This document shows, piece after piece, positions 39,001-50,700 of a stretch of 64,000 nt of DNA. The notes beneath the pieces are model-generated. The model saw nothing but the letters and a program-made list of their open reading frames with translations. It was not told the origin of the DNA and made no database searches. The first letter of the stretch is position 1. The number at the start of each line of letters is the position of its first letter. Made by a program: the position numbers and the translations under genes. Source of the stretch: Neocallimastix sp. 'constans' (Eukaryota); NCBI GenBank assembly GCA_050613775.1, contig JBODTK010000100.1, positions 186,001-250,000 of the forward strand, written 5' to 3'.

Positions 39001-40194
39001 TGTATCATACGTTTTAGATTTATTTGCAAAAACTTGCTAGTTTATTCATTAAGTCATGATAATTTATATATAAAATTATTATTCAATTATAAATTTTTTT
39101 TGATAATTGATCTAAATGTAACAATTTTTTTAATTATTTCTTTTTTTGGTTATAAAAATAATCAAAAAAAAAAATAGATTAATATTTTAATATATTTAAT
39201 TCAATATAATTAATATATAAATAAACGAAAATTATATATAAATAAGTATTTTTCATATTTTATTTTGGTATTTCTTTTTTAATTTTTTATTATCATAAAA
39301 ATATAATACAAGTTAATTGTAATTTATGGTATAATATATTATAATATATAAATATAATATATATCATTTATTTCGATATATTCTTTTCTTTCTTAAAAAT
39401 TCGAAATAAATTAATATAATTCATATATTATGAATAAAATAAACATATAGTATAATTAATTGATTTTATATTGCAAACTATTATAATTGAAATTTATTAA
39501 TGTATAATACATCATTCTACACTTCAATTGTTTATACCAATAAAATAATAAATCAATTACATTTTATCCATTTTATTTATTATAATAAAATTTACTGTTT
39601 TATATTTAAATAAATTTGTAATAAAATTATTTATTTATTTATTTATTTTATTTTCATTTTATCTAAATTTGATTTATTATAAGGTAAATTACAAATAAAA
39701 TAAAAAAAATTTTTTTTAGTTAAAATGGATTTTTATTGGATCTATGGATGATCAATTTTTTCCCTTATATTGTTTAATATAATATTCAATATATTGTAAT
39801 TGACTGATTTCAATTGAATCGAATTTAGAAATAATAGGAATAATTTAAATTTTTTCATTATACTATTATAGGATATGAAAATGGAAAGAACAAATCATTT
39901 TTCTAGGTGTTAATTTTAACATCCGGATTTCCTTTTGGCCAATAAAAAATAAAAAAATCAATTAAAAAATAAAAAAAATCAATTATTAAAGTAACTTTAT
40001 TATAAACTTTTTATTTTTATTTTTTCATAAAAAATTTATTAATACGAAAAATAGATTTATATATTAATTATATATTATTATTATATTATAATATATTAAT
40101 GTTTACTATGAAATTAAGAATTTCGTTTTTGATACTAACCAAACTAAATAAAAAATAATTATATTATAATAAATAATAAGGTATTAAATAAATT

Positions 40195-40410
40195 ATAATA
40201 AATAATAAATAATAAATAATAAATAATAAATAATAAATAATAAATAATAAATAATAAATAATAAATAATAAATAATAAATAATAAATAATAAATAATAAA
40301 TAATAAATAATAAATAATAAATAATAAATAATAAATAATAAATAATAAATAATAAATAATAAATAATAAATAATAAATAATAATAATAAATAATAAATAA
40401 TAAATAATAT
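40195..40410. repeat. (AATAAAT)n heptamer tandem repeat
   Basis: Near-perfect 7-bp array. Confidence 0.95.
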
Positions 40411-43138
40411 GAATTAATATTTTATTATTTATAACATTTCGTAATAAAAATTACAATAATGAAAGGAGATATTTTTAAATCATTTATTTAAAATTACGGA
40501 TATTAATTTTTTAAATTTTTTTGGGCTTGATATTTAAAGATTTAAAGGTAGAATTTTGGTTATAAAAAGTATAGACTATCTATATTAATTCACTATATAT
40601 AGTTTAACTACTAATACCTTTAAATTTGAGTCCATATTATTCAATTATAAACTCAACTAATTATGGAATTTTACAAATAATAGATAGTTCTATATTTTAT
40701 ATATAATAATAATTATTGATGAATAATGAATGATAAATAATAAAATAATAAATAATAAATAATAAATAATAAATAATAAATAATAAATAATAAATAATAA
40801 ATAATTAAATAATAAATAATAAATAATAAATAATTAATGATTAATAATAAATAATAAATAATTAATGATTAATAATAAATAATAAATAATAATAATAAAT
40901 AATTAATGGTTAATAATAAATAATAAAATAATATGAAATAATGATAATAGTACTTTAAAATGAGAAGCTTTTATTTCTAATTAGTACTAATTAATACTAA
41001 TTAATTAAGCAACCCAGAAAGTAAAAAATATTGTAGTTAAAGTATCAACAATCATCAATATTATAAAACATTTAATTTATTATGAATGTGAAAATACAAT
41101 GAATTTATATAATAACGTATTTTTTTTTTTTTTTATTGTAATAATAGATAAATATAAAAAGATAAATAATAAATGTTTTTTTTTTTGTTAAATTTCATAT
41201 ATATATACTATTATATATTATTATATATAATAATATTATAATGAAGGAAATTTAAGTATATATTTTTATATTTAGTTTAAAATGGAAGAATCATAAAATG
41301 AAAATATATATATTATAATACATATAATTATATTAAATTTATACGAATGAATATTTATATCTAACCCTGAAAGATATAAGGATAAATATAATTGAATAAT
41401 AATAACATATAAATATGATTATTATATAGCTATTATTGATTTATTTTTTTACTTTTTAGTCTATATTATATTTATCAATTTTGGAATTCTGTTTTTTTAA
41501 TTATAATATTACTTCTAATATCAAATAAATATTTTAGTATCCTTTTACTGGTAGCAATACTTTTTAAGTTGAGTTAATGATACTAGTTTTAAAAATTTTT
41601 TTTTTCTAATACTTGTATGATCTGAATATTGCTATTTTAATTGCTGCTAATAATAATAATAATAATAAATAAATAACAAAATTTTTATTATTTGCTATTT
41701 TTCATTTCATATATCATCGAATAAAAATAAATATAAAAAAAATAATTATTATTAAAAAAATCATAATAATAATAATAAGAATAAAAACGTTTAATACAAT
41801 TACGTAATTCTTTTTTATTTTTTTTTCTATTAATTATATATTTGATTTCAAGGGTTCTCCATATTTTCATATAGTAATTTTTCTTTTTTTTTTTCTATAT
41901 ATTTTTATGTATTTAATTTTAAATATTATTTTTTATATTCTAATATATAATTTCATATTCTTATATATAATTTTATATTCTTTATATTTATTTTATATAA
42001 TTTAAATAATTATTATTATTATTATTTTTTTTTAATAAATAATATACCTTCTATTTCTATTTACGCATATATTTTATATTTATTTTATTCTATTTTTATT
42101 TTATATTCTATATTTTATTTTTTTTATATCTCAAGTAGTTACTTTCCATATATTAAAAATTAAAAAAGTAATACATTCAATATAAATTTAATATATGGAA
42201 TAAATGATATGATCCATAAAAAATTAATTTATACTTGTAATTTACGTATAAATATATTGAATCATATATTAATACGTAATCTAATTCAAGTTTATATAAT
42301 TGGTTATATTAAAAAATGGATTACCCTTTTTTACCATTTCTTTCCATTTATATATTTTTAATATATATATTTATATTTATAAGAATATTAAATATTTATA
42401 TAGACTGAATTGAATTGAGTGTATTATGTAATCAATAGTCATAATATATATAATATATAAGAATAAGTATTATTATATATAATTTAAAAATAAAAAAAAG
42501 TCGAAAAATGGAATTTTAAGCATTCAACTCTGTTAACTTAATCTTTTAGCTTTGTATTAATGATATATTATACATTAATTAATAGTAATAATGTAATTAT
42601 GATGAATATAGAATAAGAATAGTGATAATGAATCAGTTATAATTAATTAATATATAATTAATACATATTAAAATCTTGAATGTTTTTTACTTGAAAATGC
42701 CCAAGAATCATATTAAAAACTATGGATGTGTTGCTATCACTGGAGTCAGTGTTAATGTATAATATTTTATTACTTTTTAATTTAATTTTAAGAGTTTTAA
42801 TTAGAAATTATCATTAAATAAATAATTCAAATTATTGTTAAAATGAAAATTTTATTTGATACAGAAAATGGAAAAATATCGAATAATGATAAATGAATAT
42901 CTTATATATTTTAGTAAATAATTATAGCAATTTGAATTCTTTTTTGTTAGTATTAAAGTGGAAATGAATAATAAATATAATTTTTAATACTATTATAGCC
43001 TATAGAATATTTAATTATATCAATATATAATAGATAATTTTGTGGTTTTATTGATCTGAAATATGAGTAACAATTATGTTTTTTTCTTTTATCGAGGAAA
43101 AGTGTTTTAAGACACAAACAAAATGTTTAATATATCAA

Positions 43139-43256
<118 letters not shown>

Positions 43257-44472
43257 GATGAATTACGTAATATATAACTATAAAAAAAATATATTTTTTT
43301 AAAATTATTTATTAATCACCATAAATAATTGAATAATAGTAGATAATAAATTATAATTATTAAACAAAGAATAAAGCAATTAATGATAATTATATAATTT
43401 ATATTAATATTATATATATGTAAATAATAATTATTTAGTAATCTTATATGCAATTATTATTAAGCAAATATTATATTATTATAATTATAATAAAATATAT
43501 ATAAAATATATTTTTACTTATAAATATAAACAATTATATAAATAAATAAATAATTAAAATTTAAATAAATAAATTATTTATATATAAGTGAAAATAATTA
43601 ATAAATTTTCTAATACATTAATTATAAATTAAATGTATTCAATTTAATATATCACCCATTTTTGGTCAAATCAATCAATTGTAATAATATAAAAAAAAAA
43701 AACTTTTTTTAAAACTATATATATAAAAATGTATTATTCTATTTTCAATATATTAGATTTTATTATAGGAATATGTTAAATAATATAATATAATATATTA
43801 TTAATATAAAATATTAAATCAATTTAAATTAAAAATGGAATTAGTGTATGAATACACTATACAATATGTGGAAATTTTTTATATATTAATATATAAAATA
43901 TTATATATACTAATATAAAATATTTATTTATAATATATATTTATAATATATTTTTATATTATTTTATATAATATAAAAAAATTCATAATAAAATTAATTT
44001 AGTATAAATTTTTTCTAAAAATTCTCTATAATATATTTACAATTAATTTTAAATATATTTTAGAGTATATTAATTCTACATAATAAATAACTATTTTCTT
44101 TTTCCTATTGTATTTAATAATACGAATGTATTAATGGAAAAAATTTTAGAAAATAATTATTTTATATGGTAATATTATATATTTTATTTATATAACCAAA
44201 TTTAATAAAATACAAATATACAAACATATATATAATGATTAAAGTAAATCATCCTTTTTATAAGATAATATATTTTTATTTATATTATTAATATATATAT
44301 TTTATTATATACAATATATTAAAATTATTATCCATTTGAAAAAAATTTTTTATTAATTTTTCATTAATGATAAAATAAAAAAAAAAAAAAAGATTTCTAA
44401 ATTTTTTCTTCTTTTCTTTTTTTTTTTACTTCACATTTTTTTTATCATTTAAAAAAATAACATTTATTGAAA

Positions 44473-44833
44473 ATGATTTCAAATCAAATTTCATCTAGTG
44501 CTAAGGTTGCAGGTAAAGATTGATTAGTACTAGAATAAAAAATGTGTAAATTGAAAATATGCTCCAAATTTGTGAATAAAATAAAAAAGGAAAATTTATT
44601 GCAAAGGAAGCAGAAAAAAAAAATAATAAATTATTCGCTGTATTAGTGATGCGAAAAAGAAAATAATAAATATTGACTATTCTTATTTATTTTATTTTAA
44701 AATTCTTTTCTTTATGCCTAAAAAATTAAGAATAAGAGTTTAAAATATATAAATTAAAATAGCAATAAAATTGAAAATTGAAGTCATTAAAATGAATAGA
44801 AAGTAGATGACGTATATTTAGAAACAGTAAAAA

Positions 44834-44873
<40 letters not shown>

Positions 44874-46308
44874 TATAAGATTTAAATTAAATGTTTTAGA
44901 TTTACTAAAACAAAATATAATGAAAAATGTAAATTTTGCAAAATATGTTCAAAAACTAAATAAATGTGTATTTTAATAAAAGTGAAATTAATATTATAGA
45001 TATAGTAATCTACATATATATGTACAAATAAGATATTTAAATATTATTATTATATGATTATATTGAAAGTTGGACTGTATTATTATTAATAGAAATGGAA
45101 TAATTAAATAAAAGATATGTTTATATAATGAAGCATATTTTCTTAATGAAAATAGTATTTAAATCTTATTTATTTTTATGTATTATGTATTAATAACATT
45201 ATTAATTTATAAATAAATCAAATTAAAATAATAGCTTCCGCTGTCAGCAAGAGATTATACTCTACTGCCTACGAACAAACCTTAAAGAACCTTCTTATCA
45301 ACAAGAACACTAAGGTTATTACTCAAGGTTTCACTGGTAAACAAGTAAGTGATTGAGAAATAAATAATAATAATAATAAAAACACAATAAAAGTTGTAAT
45401 ATTATTTTTATTTAATAGTAAAGATTGCATACTAATATAATCTTACTTATTTTTAATTTAATTAGGGTACTTTCCACGCCAAGAATGCTCTTGCCTACGG
45501 TACCAAGATGCTCGGTGGTGTTTCTCCAAAGAAGGCCGGTACTACTCACTTAGGTCTTCCAGTTTACAAGTCTGTTCAAGATGCTTGCAATGCCCTTCAC
45601 CCAGATGCTTCTGTTATCTACGTCCCACCACCAGGTGCTGCTGCCGCCATCTTAGAAGCCATTGAAGCTGAAGTTCCATTAGTTGTCTGTATTACTGAAG
45701 GTATTCCACAACAAGATATGGTTAAGGTTGTTGATGCTCTTAACTCTCAATCTAAGACCAGACTTGTTGGTCCAAACTGTCCAGGTGTTATTAAGGCTGA
45801 AGAATGTAAGATTGGTATTATGCCAGGTCACATTCACACTAAGGGTAGAATCGGTATTGTTTCCCGTTCTGGTACTCTTACTTACGAAGCTGTTAACCAA
45901 ACCACTAAGGCTGGTTTAGGTCAAACTCTTGTCTACGGTATTGGTGGTGATCCATTCAACGGTACCAACTTCATTGATGCTCTTAAGATCTTCCTTAACG
46001 ATGAAAGCACCGATGGTATCATCCTTATTGGTGAAATTGGTGGTTCTGCTGAAGAAGAAGCTTCCGAATTCCTTAAGCAATACAACCTTACTCGTAAGGT
46101 TCCAAAGCCAGTTGTTTCCTTCATTGCTGGTCGTACTGCTCCACCAGGCCGTCGTATGGGTCACGCTGGTGCTATTGTAGCCGGTGGTAAGGGTGGTGCT
46201 GACGACAAGGTCAAGGCTCTCAGATCTGCTGGTGTTGTCGTCTCTGCCTCTCCAGCTCAAATGGGTGAAAAGTTAAAGGCTACTTTCGTTGCTCGTAACT
46301 TACTTTAA
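44473..46308 (+). CDS. scsA: Succinyl-CoA synthetase alpha subunit, hydrogenosomal/mitochondrial-type precursor; exons 44473-44512, 45235-45344, 45466-46308, about 330 aa
   Basis: Motifs [43 protein letters not shown] and phospho-His RMGHAGA. Presequence [24 protein letters not shown]. Canonical splice sites and strong codon bias. Confidence 0.96.
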
Positions 46309-47792
46309 ATGATTTAATTTAAAAAGGGTAAATATTATTATATATATATATATAGAATAATAATTTGATGTTATTTTAATTTTAAATAATTATAAATACT
46401 AATTAATTATTTTATTGTTTTTTTTATATTATTATATTAAAATTTCTTGTGGACAATTTTAATTTAATTATTTGAACGTTTATCCCTTTTTATGATTGAA
46501 TTTAATAAATTGATAAAAAAAAAAACAGGGATTTTAAAATATAATATAACAATAAACTATATATAATAAATTAAAAATAAAAAAAAAGAAGAAAAGGGAA
46601 AAAAACAGAGAAAAAATAATATTAATTCCAATAAACAAATAAAATAAAATATAATAAACAAATTTTTTTTTAAAAATAAATCAATAAAATAAAATTCAAA
46701 TAAAAAAAAAATAAATAAACAAATAAAATAACTAATAAAAAAAAATAAAAAATAAAGAAATGTGATTTTTATTTTCTATTCTTATTTAAAGTAAATTTTA
46801 AAATAATAACATAATTTATTCAAATAAAATTAGAAAAAAAAAAAAGATCGAAATTAACAAAAGAATTTATTACTTTTTTTATTTTTTTTTTATTTAAATT
46901 ATTGTTTTTATTTTTGTATTATGAATAAGTATATATTTTTTTTTTTTTTGTAATTGGAAGTATTATTTAATGGTTGTTGAAATTTGGAAGTGATTGAAGG
47001 AGGGGTTAGTTTGAAAGAAATAATAGCATATATTGATGTTAATAAAACAGTATTGTTTTGTTTATTTTTTAATTTTTTTAATTTTTATTTTTTTTTTCTT
47101 TTTATTACATGTATTATTTTTCAAATATTTAGTTCCCCGAGCAGGGGTGTACTCGATTTATGTATTTAAATCGCCTGCAAGGGGAATTAACTTTACTCTT
47201 ATAAAGTAGATCCACAGTACTGGTGCAAAATAGTAGTAAAGTTATATTTTGTGTTAATTAATAACATTATGCGCAATGGTAATGTTATTGGTAAAATTTT
47301 TCTGGTGAACACTCACTGCGGAATATAATGGTGCATTTTTGGAACATTGTTAAATAAGTTACACCCAAGAATTAGTAATACATTTTCATTGTATTTCTAT
47401 TTTCATGTAGTATTACTATTCTCATGTAAGAATCTATTGTATTCAATTGTATTTCAACTTTATATTTCATGTATCACGTTGTAAGAGATTGATTCACTCT
47501 AAATCTTGTAGTAATTTATTTAACTCTTTACTAATTTTGTGCCATTTTATTTCATCAATTCAATCTTAGTCATTAAATACTTTATGATATTCAATTTAAA
47601 TAATATACTGAAAAAAGTGCTAAATCAAATTATTTTTCAATCATTCAACAAACTACTAATTATCGAAATTATTTACTCCAAAAAGATATAAAATTATTAC
47701 AATTCTCATTATACTCAAGACTTTATATTAAAAATTGACTTTTTTTTATTTTTTTTTTTTAGTTATTAATTTTTAGTTTTTTTATTACTATT

Positions 47793-50700
47793 ATGGAAAT
47801 CCAATTTATAAGAAATAAGAATTTCATTCTAAGAGGTTCAAGGTGCCACGGTATACCAATGGAGAATACGAAACTACTCTTTATCCGCGGACTTCGATCT
47901 TGGCCAGAAATCAAAATGAGAAGACATTTAAAGAAAACTCTGAATGAATTAAATGATAAGGTTTTATCAGTTAAACGTATTGCTAATTTTAATGATGCAT
48001 TCTTTAAAATTAAAATAGTAGGTAATGAAGAAGAATTAACATCTATTACTGATTGTATTGTTAATAGTTTCAAACGTGCTTCAATTAATGTTATTAATTG
48101 TAGCAAAAGGAATCATAAATACAGTTTTTCTTCACTCAAAAAGAAACATTTTGCCTTATCAGAAAAAGTGAATTCATCTTATAATATCAACTTATTCACT
48201 ACTTCAAATTCAAATGCAGATTCAAGTCAAAATTCAAATTCAAGTTCAAATACTGATTCATGTTCAAGTTCAAGTACTAGCTCAAGTTCAAGTTCAAGTA
48301 CAAGTTTAAGTACAAGTTCAAGTACAGGTTCAAGTTCAAGTTCAAGTCCAAGTTCAAGTACAATTTCAAGTTCAAGTTCAAGTACAAGTTCAAGTACAAG
48401 TTCAAGTTCAAGTTCAAGTTCAAGTACAAGTTCCAGTTCAATTTCAAATTTATGTTTAAATTCAGTTTCAAGCTCAGATTCAAATTCAAATTTCAGTTCA
48501 ATCAATTATAATAATTCCAATAATATTAATAACACTCATATTAATAATAATACAGTTAAAGAATTTTCTCTATGTGTCAGTTGGAATACTAATGGATGGA
48601 ACTTTGATAAAAAAGACAGTGTTGAATTCTTTATTTCAATGTACAAACCACTTTTCTTATGCTTTCAGGAAACAGGAAATGGTTCAGGTTCTAGCAGTAA
48701 ATATCCATGTCGAGTATCATTAAAAAACTACAAACATTTCTTCAAAAAAGCTAATAATGAAATTCCCGGTAAAAGAGGTCTTTATATTGGGTTTCATAAT
48801 TCTTGTCAAGCCTCTCTTGAAAACAACACTTATGAGTATATTATTTCCTTGTATACTTATAATTTTTGGAATTTCACTAAATGTTCTATTGGTAATGTGT
48901 ACGTACCTCATAGTGGCCATAGCCTTCATGCTAGAGCTGCTAGAATTGAAATATTGTCTTGGTTAAATAGTCACTCTTCTCATCCTTCAATGTTGGTTGG
49001 TGATTTTAATTTACCTACTGAGAAATTAAGTAATTTGCTCTCTAAATTTAGTAATTGGAAAATTCTTCCCTTATGGGGCTCCCCAATTTCATGGAGTAGA
49101 GGTAATAGAGAATCTGCTATAGATCATGCGATTGTCAATGATCATATGTTAGATTTACTTTCATATGGTACTTTTATTGACTTTCCCCCCATTTCGGATC
49201 ATAAACCTTTATTAATAAAAGGTAAATGTTTTTCATCAGTTAATTCAGATAATTCTTTCTCTCTGCCTAAAAAGACAGTTAAATGGGATAGATTAAAATG
49301 TATAAATGAAAAAGAATCAATTTTTGACAACAACTATTTTAGTGTATTAGAGGAAGTGATTCCAGATCCTAATATTAGTATTGATGATATTTCAAAGAAA
49401 TTTATTTCAACTTCATTCAATATTGCTAAGGAACTTAATATCACGTCAATTTCAGAAGTTCGAAAATCTTTTTTTCATATGTCGCAGAAAATATTTAATT
49501 TGCAAAAACTCAAAATGAAATTATATAAATCCATTAAAAGAAGAGGTTCTTATCATAATTTAGATGAATTTGAAGAATTAATTGATAAATATAATAGAAT
49601 GTGCAAAATTATTCATCATATGTGTAATATTTATAGGAAAACTGAATACCAACATTGGATTAATACAGGATGTGAATATATGAAATCTCATAACCCTAAA
49701 AAAGCTTGGAAATGGCTTAAAACAACAGCAAAAGTAGATAAATTTAAAAATATGTCAAATTCTCCAGTAAAGGACAAAAATGGTAAACTAGCTACTTCTA
49801 CTAAAGAACAGTTAGAAGTATGGCACAATCACTATAAAAAACTTGCTTCAAGTCATTCTGATATCAATAGTGCATTAATCGAATGGTCTAATAAATTTTC
49901 CAATGGAACAATTAGGTATACGAGACACAATGAATGGGATATAAATCAAGACATCAGTATAGAAGAAATTAGAGAAGCAATTTTGGCTACTCCAAATTAT
50001 AAAGCTTCAGGCCCGGATGGAATTCCTATTGAATTTTATAAAGCTTTAATTCCTCCGGATGACGAAAATTCAGTAAATAATTCTTCTTCTGGTTTAAATT
50101 GTTTACAGAAGATATACTCAAGAATTTGGAATGGAGAATTTCCTAGCTCATGGAATGAAGCAAGTATTATATCTATTCCTAAAAAAGGAGATGATCTATC
50201 TGATTGTGACAATTATCGAGGTATCTCTCTGATTAACAATGGTATTAAACTCATTTCGAAAATAGTCTCCAAAAGAATTTCAGAATATGGACTTAAAAAT
50301 AATTTTATTAGGCCAGAGCAATTTGGATTTCGTACTAAAGAAGAATGTGTTAGTTTATTTATTTCAATTCGAGAAATTTGTCAAAGGCGTAAAAATGATA
50401 ATAAAGAAACTTACCTAGCTTTTCTAGATTTAAAAAAGGCATATGATTCTGTTCCAATAGGTAATATTTTATATAAATTAGATGCTTTAGGTATTAGAGG
50501 TAAATGTTATCAATTTATAAAAAATCTATATTTGACATCCAAAGCTAGTGTTAAAATTGATGATCAATATTCGGAATCTTTTAATATTATGAAAGGAGTT
50601 AGACAAGGTTGTCCACTATCACCAATTCTTTTCAATCTTTTTATTAATGACATTTTTAATGATGTTTCAGAACTTGGAATTCCTTTAGGCGAATCTAGAT

